DNA of 64,000 nucleotides from Octopus sinensis (lineage: Eukaryota), in assembly GCF_006345805.1 (NCBI RefSeq), contig NC_043000.1:154628001-154692000 (forward strand), in the 5' to 3' direction. The position numbers were made by a program, and so were the translations under genes. This document shows, in pieces, positions 49,810 through 63,844 of this stretch (the stretch's first letter is position 1; each line of letters begins with the position of its first letter). Below the pieces are notes generated by a model. That model ran no database searches. It was not told the origin of the DNA and saw only the letters and a program-made list of their open reading frames with translations.

Positions 49810-50190
49810 TAACTTCAGTATTGTTTCTGTAAATAGTTTATGATATTTTCTGTTGTAAAATATTTCTTGATTAATACTACGAAGTCGTAAGCTACATTTG
49901 ATGCTATAATTAGGCTGAAGAATGAATCAAACCAGCTGATTCTTCTTTTACTCTTTCTCCTTGTTTACTGTGTATTTGTGAGGATTTTATGCATACACTT
50001 GAATCCACCAGCTTTCAGGCTTTGTGGTAAAATGGTGCTGCTTGATTGAATATGCCTTTGTTGGAAGAAGTTATTAAGGTTCTCTGGCTTATGTTGTTGT
50101 TTGGTTATCGATGGTGGTGGTAGTAGGGGTTTAGAAATATCTATCCATATTTAGAAAGATAGTTAGGATATCATCTAGGTACAGGCCTAT
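49810..50190 (-). pseudogene. decayed Penelope-like element reverse transcriptase/linker region
   Basis: Frameshifted minus-strand segments IGLYLDDIL (cf. GLYRDDGL), SSNKGIFNQAAPFYHKA and RISWFDSFFSLIIASNVAYDFVVLIKKYF..YHKLF (cf. IIWFNPPYS..TNIGKxFL.LIDKHF..HKIF). T-rich related sequence may extend to ~47900. Confidence 0.7.
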
Positions 50191-50448
50191 AATGCACATT
50201 GTGGATGTTTTTGTATGTTGTTCTTATAACGTATATATATGTGTGTGTGTATACACACACATATGTATATGTATATAGATATATATTTATATATTACATA
50301 TTATATATATTTACATACATGCATACATACACACACTCACTCACACACACAGACACAAATGCACAGACACAGTCAGACATGCACACAAACACACGGACAC
50401 AGACTCACACCACACATACACACACACACTCACACACACACTCACACG

Positions 50449-50497
<49 letters not shown>

Positions 50498-50637
50498 TTT
50501 TTAGTATCATTTGCAAGAATTTTGATGTGGAGTTATGTATTGGAACAGAATTGTTTGCACTTTAGGAAGTACAATTTACTGAAAATAAAAAGAACAGACA
50601 TATTGACTGTATTGTACATTTTAAATGAAATTAATTT

Positions 50638-50885
50638 TTTGATCTATTGATGGATCAGCCAATCACCACATTAATCATAATACTTTCAACACAAATGATT
50701 CATCAAATGGTTGCTTAGTTAATTAGTTAACTAGTGGAATGAAAAATCAAATAACGGTATGTATATTTCATATATTTTATGATTTTCATTCCACTAGTTA
50801 ATTAACTAATCAATTATTCAATGAGTCTTTTCCGTCAAAAATATTCTGATAAAATACCTGATTGGTTGATCCAGTAATTGATCCA
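50638..50885. repeat. old foldback (~100-bp imperfect arms)
   Basis: ttaactagtggaatgaaaa / ttttcattccactagttaa and tggatcagccaatca / tgattggttgatcca. Confidence 0.75.
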
Positions 50886-51730
50886 ATGATTGATTGACAT
50901 GAAAAAGTAAGAACCAAATCAATGCATGAAAATGTTTTTAACAAAATGAATTCTTTGGAGTGCAAGAACTTCTGTTTGAATACACAATTTCTCCACCTAC
51001 CACACACACACACACACACCACACACACACACACACATGCATAAGTATAAATAGGCTGACCCATCTCATTGCTGGGTCCACCTTCTCAACCCACTCCATA
51101 ACAATTACTACTTAGTTCCCACTCTCCTTCACAGTAAAGCTTCACGTCACTCTTCCCATTCCCCTTTCCTCTCCTCTGACTTAGCTATTATACCCACCCA
51201 GCATTGGTCCCACTTTTATTTTCTCCACTACCATCCTCTCATAACAATAAATCTGTTCTGGCCATCATTGAGATGTCCTTTCACCACACAAGCTACAATG
51301 TGACCCTATCAATGCTGGTGACACAAAAAACACCTTGGATATCCTGTAAGTGGTTGGTAGCTTCTGTTGAGCCATGACAATATAAGGGCTAAGAATGTGT
51401 TCTTTTGTCTTGTGAGTGGCAAAGTAACCTCTTTAGAGCTGGTGCCATGATAAAATGCATGCAATGCTCTTAGCACAGGGGTTGAAGTTATGAAGGGCAT
51501 CCAGCAGTAGAAACCATGTCCAAATTGAGACATTGCAGGAAGTTATGATCATCTAACCCACTGAATCCTGTTGAGCTGTTAAACTCATGCCAACATAGCC
51601 CATGGATCTATAACGGTATTGATGATGATGATGATACAGATATATATATATATATACGTTTGTGTCATTTGATCTATTTATCTATCTATATATGTATATA
51701 TATATATAAACATATATATAAACATATATA

Positions 51731-51778
<48 letters not shown>

Positions 51779-51799
51779 TGTATGTATTTTATACATGTA

Positions 51800-52090
51800 T
51801 TTAGATATACTTTGGTTTTGCATTTGACTTTCAAGATTCTTGATGGGAATTTGTATCTTGAAACAAATGTTGTATCATGGAAGGGTCAAGAGGCATTGAT
51901 GAGGTTGCAAATAGTAATGAAAGGACTTTGACAAACAAACAGCTGTTTGATTGTTTAATCAACACATTAAACAAAGTATCAGTTAGTTTGTTGGTTAGGT
52001 TTTTAACCAAATGACTAACAATAAAGAAGTGATATTGACCGTGTCTGTGTATTTACTATAATGGCATAATGACCCTTCCAAGGCATAAGA
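51800..52090. mobile_element. decayed relative of the 186-506 cassette
   Basis: tttggttttgcatttgactttcaagattcttgatg resembles the reverse complement of 455-505. Contains TTGATGA-G-GTTGC-AAATA-GTAAT-GAAA at 51896-51922. Confidence 0.5.
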
Positions 52091-52360
52091 TATATATATA
52101 TATATATTATATATATTATATATAGCCAGGTGGTGCTATTAAGTTAGACATAACCTGGGCCAATACTGGCCAAAACCTTTCTAAGTTATTCTAAGTTATA
52201 TATATATATATACATATATAGGTATGTTGATGTAAACAGGAAAATATAACTCAAAATATGAGTATATGTAGATGTTATTAATATTATATATGATATATTA
52301 TGTATATAACATATTATATATATTATATATAATTATATATTATATATATATATGTATGTA

Positions 52361-52395
<35 letters not shown>

Positions 52396-52402
52396 ATATA
52401 TG

Positions 52403-52452
<50 letters not shown>

Positions 52453-53239
52453 GTATATATATATATATATATATCCTCAGTGCAGCTTCTGGCTTGCCAG
52501 CCCTCAGTCAAACCAGCCAACCCATGGCAGCATGAAAAACGGGTGTTAAACAACGACGATGAAGATGATGATGATGTATATATCTATATATATGTACATA
52601 TATATATACACACACACATACTCATACATACACATATACACACACGCATATATATATATATATATATTTGTAGATGAGTATTTGGTTAGATTTATGCTCA
52701 AATGTATGATTATGTTCAGGCATATTACATATAAACATATGTGTGTGTGTGTGTGAGTGTTTATGTGTGTGTGTATGTATGTGTATATAAATCTTAGCAT
52801 GTATATGTCCATTTAAATTGTCAGTTGTATATCTTAATTTGTGCATTTGTATGTAAATGTTGCAGTATATGAGCATCTAAAAAAATAATGCATTATATAT
52901 GCACAAGCGTGTATATATGTTTATATATTTGTGTGTGAATGTGTGTATAGAGTACACCAGATATTTGCAAACACAATAGGGAGCTATAAATGGAAGACAC
53001 CCTAAGGTATGCAGGTGTGCTGAAATTTTAATTTCCTCATTTCTGTTTCAATTTTACATACAGAAGGAATATGGCAGATTCCCGTCTGACACAGGAAATG
53101 AAAAGGTTCAATATACTTATGGTTGTGGACACCAAGAACAGTGACTCAGAGATTGTTTTCCTCCTGTCTGTAACTGTTTCTTTTTCCTTTTAGCGTTTGA
53201 AAAAAGCTGGAAACATATGATGGGTAACTGTTATCTGTA

Positions 53240-53850
53240 ACTAAAGGAAAGCCACTCCAAGATGGTAGATAGAATCAGGATGATCAAATTCACCCATCAT
53301 GTCAAGGATATGGTCAATGACAGTCTCAGCAGATCTAGACATCCTGTCACCAAGCAAATTCTGATGGTGGAATCCATTATAATAGAAGACATGTGGTGCA
53401 TGAGAATATCCTACAAGAGAAAGAGAGTGGAGTTCAAATCTAGCAAGGCACAAGAGAATCCTATGATTGGGTCAAAGCATTTAAGGAACAACTTTAAGCA
53501 TTCTGAGAAAGCCACCTTGCTCAGATGCTTCTGCAGTTTGAAGATCTTCACCCAGGGCCGGCCAGAAGGCAAACAGGAGGAGTGACACATGGCTCTCTGC
53601 TAATGCCAAAGAAGATGTATTCATGATGATGCACAAGCAAACTCCCATCGTCCCGATGGTTATGAGTAGTAAGTGCTATGTTATGATGCTTCACTTCTTT
53701 CTGCAGGGACTTAGGACCAATGCCGAAAATCTACTTCAAGATGCTGGGCATGGTGATCAAGCTGTGGATTTAGTGGATTGCCAGTGAGGAGAGAAGTCGT
53801 GTTCAAATAGATTCACCTCTCTACTCTCTCTCTATCTCTCTCTCATAGCC
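53240..53850 (+). pseudogene. decayed Tc1/mariner (maT/DD37D-like) transposase
   Basis: Frameshifted segments KIFTQ, QKANRRSDTWL, VMSSKCYVMMLHFFLQGLRTNA and YFKMLGMVIKLWI (cf. EKxFTQD..NRRNDRWL..VSSEGDVMPPHFF..GLRVNA..Y..VL..VVKPWI). Confidence 0.7.
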
Positions 53851-54082
53851 CTTACAATCCAGAAGTACCCAGCTAAGAATTTTCACAATAATTTGAAACC
53901 TGACAGGAAGTCATTTCTTTGCCCATATTGAGGGTATCCTGAGGTTGATGATGGTCACTACACGCACACACACACCACACACACACACACATGCACACAC
54001 ACAAATTTATACATATATTTATGTATGGTGATTGATATAGCTGTACACATACACACACACATACATTTGCACATGTAGTACC

Positions 54083-54314
54083 TATTTCTTTACAACCCAC
54101 AAGGGGCTAAACACAGAGGGGACAAACAAGGACAGACAAATGGACTAAGTCGATTAGATCGACCCCAGTGCGTAAATGGTACTTAATTTATCGACCCCGA
54201 AAGGATGAAAGGCAAAGTCGACCTCGGCAGAATTTGAACTCAGAACGTAGCGGCAGACGTAATACGGCTACGCATTTCACCTGGCGTGCTAACGATTCTG
54301 CCAGATCGCCGCCT
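54083..54314 (-). mobile_element. SINE family A
   Basis: Full length, with 16-bp TSD TTGCACATGTAGTACC. Confidence 0.92.
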
Positions 54315-55157
54315 TCTTGCACATGTAGTACCAACAGATGGGGGCCTTCATTAAAAGATTCTTAGAATGGACTTTGCTTCTTAGCATTTTCTGGGTTTCA
54401 TACTTTTCCTATTAAAAAACTACACACCGTTTCACATCTCCTTCAAATTCATTTCATTTGATACAAATATGTTACATCTGTCAAATCTGTCTGCATTTGG
54501 CCATTTCTCCTTATGTTGTAAATGAAAACAACATGCTACATGCTACCTTACAAAGAACTACAACACAACAGTGTAGCCTTTGACCCAATATTCCTGTCTT
54601 TCTGTCTATATATTTTATTCATTCATTCATGAATTCTCATCAGATACCATCAAAATTTCACAACTTCCCACAATAGCCAAAGAGGCGATTGTGGATTGCC
54701 CTTCATGTTGGGATCAAAAAAAAAACATCAAAATAATAAAAAGAAAAAATTTTGGTATAAATTTAAATTTTTATACAAGGCAGTTTGAAGATTTATTTTT
54801 AGAATTCTTGCACACATACAAACTGTATGTAGATATACTTATGCATATTTGTTGTTATATATGTATATAGACTCACTGTCTTCCACAAAATAGACAAATA
54901 TTTCATTTACTCATAAATAGTTTGACAGCCTGTAGTAATACAGTCACAAAGAAATCATATTTGAGGGACATATTTCGCCCAAAAACAGTTATATTTTATG
55001 AATCATAATATCTGATTAAAATATTGTCATGTGTCACTAGAATACTATGTCGCATCATATTAATGATGAAACTCTTGAGAAACGGTAAATCAATATGAAA
55101 CAAAACGTAACAAATGGGCATAAGTTCAGTGTCAGCTATTGAAGACAAATATTGTAT

Positions 55158-55500
55158 AGGTGCAAGCATGGTTGTGTGGTAAGAAGCTTGCTTTCCAACC
55201 ATATGGTCCTGGGTTCAGTCCCACTGTGTCGCACCTTGGGCAAGCGTCTTCTATAATCCCAGGCTGACCAAAGCCTTGTGAGTAGATTTTGGTAGATGAA
55301 AACTGAAAAAGAAAAGCCCTACTTGTGTGTGTGTGTGTGTGTGTGTGTATGTCTGTGTGTGCGTATGTGTGTGTGTTTGTGGCATTGGTTTGTTTATGTC
55401 CTCTGGGGTTGATTCATTTGACTAAAAAAAAAAAAATTCTGCAAGGCAAGTGCTCCAGTATTGTTGTAGTCTAATGACTGAAATAGATAAAAATATATGT
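55158..55500 (+). mobile_element. SINE family C (older copy)
   Basis: aggtgcaagcatggttgtgtggtaag...gggttcagtcccactgtgtcgcaccttgggcaag, with a decayed tail after (TG)n. Confidence 0.8.
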
Positions 55501-55542
55501 ATATAATATAATATATATATATATTATATATATATATTATAT

Positions 55543-55574
<32 letters not shown>

Positions 55575-55629
55575 GTATATATATATACATATATATATAT
55601 ATACATATATATATTATATATATATATAC

Positions 55630-55684
<55 letters not shown>

Positions 55685-55711
55685 CATATATAATATATAT
55701 ACATATTATAC

Positions 55712-55753
<42 letters not shown>

Positions 55754-55754
55754 G

Positions 55755-55787
<33 letters not shown>

Positions 55788-55812
55788 ACTATATACATAC
55801 ATATATATATAG

Positions 55813-55850
<38 letters not shown>

Positions 55851-56062
55851 GATATATATGTGTGTGTGTGTGTGTGCATATGTATGTAGAAATATGGGTG
55901 AGTGGACAAATGAAAGACGAGGCATTCAACACATTTCGTAGGAGTTATAATATGTTGTTATCTAAAACAGTTTGATTCAGTACCATGTGATATAAAGTCA
56001 CATAGGCTCCATACAGAAACATAGCTCACTTAAGTTGCTTGCAGCTGAGTCAAACCATCTTG

Positions 56063-56078
56063 AATAATAATAATAATG

Positions 56079-56139
<61 letters not shown>

Positions 56140-56280
56140 TAATAATAGTAATAATATTAATAATAATAATGATGATGATGATGATAATAATAAATAATAA
56201 TAATAATAATAATAATAATAGTAATAATATTAATAATAATAATGATGATGATGATGATAATAATAATGATGATAATAATG

Positions 56281-56316
<36 letters not shown>
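56063..56316. repeat. (TAA/TGA)n compound microsatellite
   Basis: Direct reading. Confidence 0.97.
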
Positions 56317-56317
<1 letters not shown>

Positions 56318-56470
56318 CCAAGTATTTTAATTTAACTTTAAAAAAAAATGAACGAACTAGTGAGTTTAGTTTAATGGCCTACCAATGTATACTATGAGTT
56401 TCTTTGCCCTAGGAGTCGGGAAGACACTCGGCAAGTATGGAAACAAATTTGAAAGAAGAGGGAAAAAAAG

Positions 56471-56504
<34 letters not shown>

Positions 56505-56537
56505 TGATGATGATGATGATGATGATGATAATATTTT

Positions 56538-56741
56538 TATCATGGGCACAAGGCCTGAAATTTTGGGGGAGGGTTAGTCGAATAGATTGACCCCAGTATG
56601 CAACTGGTACTTAATTTATTGACTCAGAAAGAATGAAAGGCAATGTCAACCTCAACGGAATTTGAACTCAGAACATAGTGATGGGTGAAAAGCTGCTAAG
56701 CAATTTGCCTGGTGTGCTAAAAATCCTACCAGCTCACCACC

Positions 56742-56743
<2 letters not shown>
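56538..56743 (-). mobile_element. older family A-related SINE
   Basis: Contains gaccccagtatgcaactggtacttaatttattgac...gaatttgaactcagaac. Confidence 0.8.
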
Positions 56744-56810
<67 letters not shown>

Positions 56811-57163
56811 TATAAATACACACACACACATATGGTGTGTATATGTGAAAGCGCTGTATGGCTGAATGGCCAAGAATCTCCCTGGTTTGATATGACAGGG
56901 TGATATTTATGGAAAATACAATTTTCATGTGGGTGAAACTGGGATGATCGAAACTGCATAAAATCACATTGGCCGGATTGTGCCTGCCACTAAATGAATA
57001 AAGCCTTGCCACAAAAAATATGTCATGCTGATTGTACCTGATATTTGTACCAATGATACATGTGTCTGTGAAATATTCAGCCATTTATATGCAAATTTAG
57101 GAGCAGGTAATTCAGAGCAGATCAAACAATTGAATTCTTAGTGAATGACAAAAACACACCACT

Positions 57164-57191
57164 ATACTACACTTGGATCTTAGCCAAATGG

Positions 57192-57193
<2 letters not shown>
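57164..57193 (-). pseudogene. U2: U2 snRNA 5' fragment
   Basis: Minus strand GGCCATTTGGCTAAGATCCAAGTGTAGTAT vs U2 GGCCTTTTGGCTAAGATC-AAGTGTAGTAT: one substitution and one insertion. Includes the branch-point recognition sequence GTAGTA. Confidence 0.75.
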
Positions 57194-57228
<35 letters not shown>

Positions 57229-57407
57229 TATATGTATGTATATATATATATATTATATTATATTATATTATATTATTTTATATCATATTATATTATATTA
57301 TTATAAGATAGTAAATAAAATGCGAAAATCAAATTTGGAATTTCTTTCAGTAATATATTCTTCTATACACAATCATACACACCCGTGTGTGTATATATAT
57401 ATATATA

Positions 57408-57580
57408 TCATCATCATCGTCGTCGTCGTCATTTAACGTTCGCTTTCCATGCTGGCATGGGTTGGACTGGTGAGCCAGGGGCTGCACCAGGCTCAATCTG
57501 ATCTGGCAAAGTTTCTACAGCTGGATGCCCTTCCTAACACCAACCACTCTGAGAGTGTAGTGGGTGCTTTTATGTGCCAT
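57408..57580 (-). mobile_element. SINE family D 3' part
   Basis: Contains tttctacagctggatgcccttcctaacaccaaccac. Confidence 0.85.
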
Positions 57581-59055
57581 AGAATGATGATGTTGATGAG
57601 CTATACATACATACATATGTACATACATACATACATACATACATAATACATACACACATACATACATACATACATACACACACACATACATACATACATA
57701 CATACCTACATACATACATACATACATACATACCTACATACATACATACATACGTACATACATACATACATACATACGTACGTACATACATACATACATA
57801 CATACATACATACAACACACATACACACACACACATACATACATACATACATAACTTTATAATCATGACTTTATAGAACTACATATGTACTAGCCAAAAA
57901 ACTGTGCTCCAGACAGTCTTGCATCTACGTCCTACGTAGGGCTAAAGTAAGACAGTAAAATTGAAGAACCTATAAAAAAGAAGACATGAGATAATGTCAA
58001 TAATTCTTTATTTGCATAAATATAATTTATCATGTGAAAATTTGTCAAGTCAAAACTTCACCCGATTTTTTGGAGCCTTATCAATAATTAGTGTTGATTT
58101 TTTAGTGATTAGTCCAGTCTCAAACTTAACTTGATCATATCAAATCAAAACTTCACTGGATTTTTTTTCTCATCTTTGTGCTGAAATCCACAGGTGTATA
58201 ACTATTCTGTCTTTTGATTTATTTTTCTGATTATAATTTTTCCTCGCTTCTGATCTTGTTTTGTCACCTTTCTGTTTCCATAACAGTATGTACAGCTTTT
58301 TCTAATGTTTCAGTGAAAAAGAAATTGAAATTGAAACCATTTGCAAAATTCTGAACAGCTTGAAAGTAAAAATTGAGTTGGTTCATGATGCAAACGAACT
58401 TTTTTTCTCTTTGGAGAATGGCCTCAATATGAGAAAACTGGCAATCACTTCATGTTCCACGGATTTCATCTGGAGGGAAAGGATTTGATCAATAAAAAAA
58501 AAAAATTGCTACACAAAGACATTTTATCCAAAACCAACATAAAGAGTGCTTAAACTGTGAAAGCAAATGTAAAAATTTAAAGGGGTTCCAAACACCACTG
58601 GTTATTCTCACTGCTTGCCATTCAATTCCTGGATAGGTAAAATATTATTCTCCCAACAATATTCAGTTGGTTTGTTCTCTATACTTCTGTTTCCATTGTA
58701 TTACTTCTTTGTCTACATTTTACTGGCTGTAGGAACTAAAGTTGGGCTGAATTTATTATACTGGAGTCTGGTGGCTCAAAGGAGAAGAGGGATGAGGCCA
58801 CAAACCATGAAACCATGCAGAAACAGAAAAATTTGAATTTATGAGTACAAGAAAATATATGCAAGTGTGTATATACATTGTCTGTACATCAATTTTTTTT
58901 TTTACCTCTTTTGTTTATAAGCCAAGAAATCATGCAGACACATGCAGTCCATTTAGTTTGTATAAATATATTTATATGTGAGTAGGTTTACAATATATGT
59001 CTATATCTATCTATCTATATATGTCTATATTGTATGCATGTATTTATATATATAT

Positions 59056-59093
<38 letters not shown>

Positions 59094-60169
59094 TATGTAT
59101 GTATATGTATGTATGTATAGCTCATCAACATCATCATTCTATGACTGCTTCCAAACCAGCATGGGTTGGACAGGTTGTCACAATTTAATTTGTTTCTAAT
59201 TGGGATTTATGGCGCCCAATGACTGGCAATCATACTTTTCTTTTGGCTAGGTTTCTACAGCTGTATACCTTTATACATATGTATATATGTGTGTATATAT
59301 GTATATATGTCTATATATTTATGTATATATGTCTATATTGTATGAATATATTTATATATATATATGTGTGTGTGTGTGTGTAAATGCATAAGGGGCATGG
59401 TTGCGTATAGGAACAGACATGCTTAAGTGGCTAAGAAGTTTCACTTTCAGTACCACTGTATGGCATCTTGGGTAAATGTCTTCTTTGGCCGACCAAAATA
59501 AGCTTTGGTTGTAGAATTGGTTGACGGAAACTGAAACGAAACTGTTTTGCATGTGTGTTTTTGTGTTTCTCATCTCTTGTCTTGACATCATGTGATGGTT
59601 GTAAGCTAGTGTCACAAGTCTGTCAGAAAAAGTGGTGCCCTTCATTTCCAATCTGCTCAGAAAATATGCTTGGCCATGGGGAAATATTATGTTGCTTGGA
59701 AGCAGGTGAGGTATCCAGCCATAGAAAAATCTGTCACAAAACATTTCATCTGACACATGCAAGCAAAGAAAAGAGGGAGTTCAAATAATGATACATATAT
59801 ATTTATAAACAAATATATCCTCTCATATATCAGTCATCATCCTTTTTCTCTTGTTCACCATTCACTACTTCCTCACCTCATCTCTACCCAACCTGTCATC
59901 AGCTATTTTCCATTACTTTCCCTCTATGTATTTATCATCAATCGTACCTTAAATCTTATTCTTCATTGTATTTTCCCCTCATCTATTTCCCCACCTCTAA
60001 CATCCCCTGTTTCCTCATACACACTTGCAATCTTTACCAGCTATAGAAACCATGCCAAAACACATATTAGAGCAAAATGCAGTCCTCAAACTGATTAGAT
60101 CCTATTGAGCCATCCAATCCAGGCTAACATGAAAAATGGACAGGAATAACTTCCAATGAGTTAAATAGA

Positions 60170-60800
60170 AGCTTGAAAGGGACTCCCACACTACTTCAGG
60201 TGCAGAGATGGTGCAATGCCCACCTCTTTTGCCGCCCCATCTGGAGAATCAGAGACCAAAGAAATAACTTCCCAAGTATCAAATGGAGCAGTTTTTACAA
60301 GGTTTCTCCTTATTCAACTGACGTTCATAACTTCCAGCTCTACCTCTGCGAGAAACTGCTTGTATTCTTGCAGTATGTAGTATTAACAATGGCAAAACCA
60401 TCACATCTTATTGTTGTCCCTAGAAATATACCCTATTATAGAAATTCAAGCCTGCTGCTGGTAACTCAGATATAACACCTTAAGTCTGACTGGCCCACAG
60501 AAAACTGCACTGTACATAATTCTCTGCAGCTTGTAGTACGCTTATTGTTCACCCAGTGTACTATATATGTGTGGACTCCTGTCATTTAGCTATGTTTAAA
60601 CTACACATCCATGCAAACTGATATGCAACATATAACTGCCAAACGGTTTCTTCCACATGTAGGAATGCCTAACCCTACCAAACACTGATTAGCTATCTGT
60701 TCTACCACATGGTGCATGTATTGTAAAACCTTTTGTCGATGGCTAGTTGAAATAACCTTATGATCTGTACTGAGCAATAAAGGCCACAGTATTCTCACCT
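60170..60800 (-). pseudogene. possible heavily decayed RTE LINE fragment
   Basis: Scattered minus-strand echoes of CxVC..WVH and FxYLGS..S.DG..KEV, with many stops and frameshifts. Confidence 0.3.
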
Positions 60801-61537
60801 TGAAAGCATTTAAAAATTTCTTTTAAATTCTATTCACTCTAATTCCAAAAATCTCATGATGTGGATATGATCTGTGCTCATGATACTTTGAGTAATGTGG
60901 AGCTAAGTCAACCTGTTATTAAATATTTAAAACTTCAAACTATGCTGAGTGCTACTTCAAGTTTCCTATTTTCTTAAATTGTTTACCTACTTGTACATAT
61001 GCATGAATATATATATAATATATATATATATGGTTGTATGTATGTATTTGTGTATATATGTATATGTATGTGTATGTCTCTTTCTCTCTACTTCCTCACC
61101 ACATGTTATTAATTTGTTTAAGATTTACCGATCAGTTGGTGATGGGGCTTTTTACATGTGTATGTATGTGTGCACACATGTAGGACAGTTTCTTTAAGCA
61201 TTTTTTTTTGTATGCCTGACATTTATTTAAGGAAATATTTCTTTTTATGAAAGTTTGACAGAGTATAGTCTTCAGGCTTTGGTATGCTGTTGTGTAAATC
61301 TGGGATAGGTGTTTGTTATTTTATCAGTGAATGTAGAATGCAGATATACAAATATGTACATATGTATGTATGTATGTATACATATATAAATAATGTGGAT
61401 AGGGTTAAAATCCAAACTATCATTTTGAAGCACATCTGCTTATTCCAGAATTCCAATTCTGTATGTGGTTGTTATATTTATGTGAGGCATGCATAAGAGT
61501 TGAAAATTTTGGGAATATTGTTTGCAGAGCAATTTTA

Positions 61538-61816
61538 AATCAACATAGGAAATTGGAAAAGATTTTAGTTTAATATATTCACCATTACATATGTTTCATT
61601 TGCTAATAGGAGTTACAAAACTGTACATCTAGAATAAATATGTTAGAAAAGTCTTCCAACAGAGGATCAAATAATATCATTTGATTCTCTGACTGAAAAA
61701 TTTCCAATAAGAAATTTCTTACATGTTTATCCTACATGTACAGTTTTGTAATTCCTATTAGCAAATGTCTAATGATGAATAAATAACGCCCAAAAGTTCT
61801 CCAATCTCATGTTTTG

Positions 61817-61818
<2 letters not shown>
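61538..61818. repeat. old foldback (~130-bp imperfect arms), MITE-like
   Basis: catttgctaataggagttacaaaactgtacat / atgtacagttttgtaattcctattagcaaatg, with central hairpin cagaggatcaaat/atttgattctctg. Confidence 0.8.
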
Positions 61819-61848
<30 letters not shown>

Positions 61849-62046
61849 GTACTGTATATGATATACTAGAGAAGCCCATCCAATTACTGCACTATCTAGC
61901 ATGAAACTTGAAGTGGGTCATGTATAACTCCTCTATTCATTAAATGCATTAAATGATATTTCTCTCTCACTGCATTGAGTACTTTTTTGCTGTTGCCACC
62001 AACCGGTAATTGGTGCACTGTGCATGCTGATATATATATATATATG

Positions 62047-62079
<33 letters not shown>

Positions 62080-63537
62080 ACGCATGCAAATGTGTTCCTC
62101 AAGTGGCTGCAGCAGAAATGTTGGGAATATCTGTCCCCATTATCTTTAGTAAATCCTCAATTTCATGTGTTTCTTTGCTAATAAAATCATTGGTGTTGAA
62201 CAGTCTACATCCTCTATTCGGATGTGGAAGTTCCCAAAATTGAATTACTGATATGGCCTGTTGACCAGCACAATATCAGTGCACAGAAAAGCATTGTCTC
62301 CCTGCCCTTGACTATATACTGATGGTCTTGCCTCTAACATACCTCAACTGTTTGATGTGCTAAACTTATTAGCATCCTACAAGAATGCTGCTACTTTTGT
62401 TCCTCAAAACAATGAAGACTGAATATAAGATCTTTAATGTACATGAATGCCACCTACAAATTTTGTTCCAACTATGGCACACAGTGCAAGGGGGTCAGTG
62501 TCTTCATGTCCCTTGGCTTCTATATTACTGAGAGCAAAATGGACTTCCAAACATGCAAGTAAGTAGCCTGTAGTGCTGGACAGAAACTTCATAAAATCTG
62601 GTGGTCAAGTATTTCAAAGCCCACAAAGCTAACCCTTTTTAGGGCATGTGCAGAAAGCATTCTTATATACATATATTTGTTTAATATTCAACCAACAAAA
62701 CACTACGAGTATGTCATGACTTTTGACTGATTGGCAGATGTAAACTGACACACGGATACATACATACACATGCTCATACATTTACATACGTACACATAAC
62801 TCCATGTCCCCTACATGGCCTTGCTTTTGCTTTTTGAGCCAAAAAAAATTAAATTAAATTAAATTAAATTAAAATTAAATACACATGCACACACAATATG
62901 GTCCTTTTTAAAATTTTCCACCTACCAGAACCAATCAGAAATCTTTGGTCAGTCCGGAGCTATAACTGAAGACACTTATCTAAATGGAATCAAAACCAAA
63001 ATTTCATGGCTGCATAGTTGCAAAGCAAAGCTCTTCACTACACAAGCATTTAAATATATGGCTCACACACAAACACACATATAAATGTGTACAGATATAT
63101 ATATACATACGCTCACATACATACGTTATATTTATAGTGCCCCCTTTTAATTGCATGACATATTACCCTTGAGTTAGAACTCCATAAATTCCATTGCACT
63201 AAAAAAAGAGAATGCCTGGCAATGAGAAGTCGTGTTGCTACACAGATAATTTGTATTATAAGTTTGTCGGCTATAATGGTCATTGAATGTGGAGAAGAAG
63301 TACAAGTTAGAAGAAAATAGTGTTAAATCATTTATTTATAACAGGTTTTATTATATTTTGGTTTGCATTTACCCAATGATTACATAAGATTAATCTTACG
63401 TAACTTTTCTGCAGATGTAATTTTTATCTCGTGTAATCATAGTGTATGTCTTACTGAAACACGTGTAAAGATGTTATAAATAAATAATTCAATGCCTTCT
63501 TCTCTTGTCTTGTACCTTTTTCTGTGTGTGTGTATAC

Positions 63538-63584
<47 letters not shown>

Positions 63585-63844
63585 TATGTATGTACATTAT
63601 ATATATATATATATATGTGTGTGTGTACATTATATATATATGTATGTATATATATATATATATGTATGTATGTACATTATATATATATATATATGTGTGT
63701 GTATGTGTGTGTGTGTGTATGCTTGTTGTCATATATATATATATATGTATGTATGTGTATATATATATATGACCACAAGCATACGCACACACACACACAT
63801 ACTCACACACACACACATACACATACACAAATTGTTGAGTTGAG

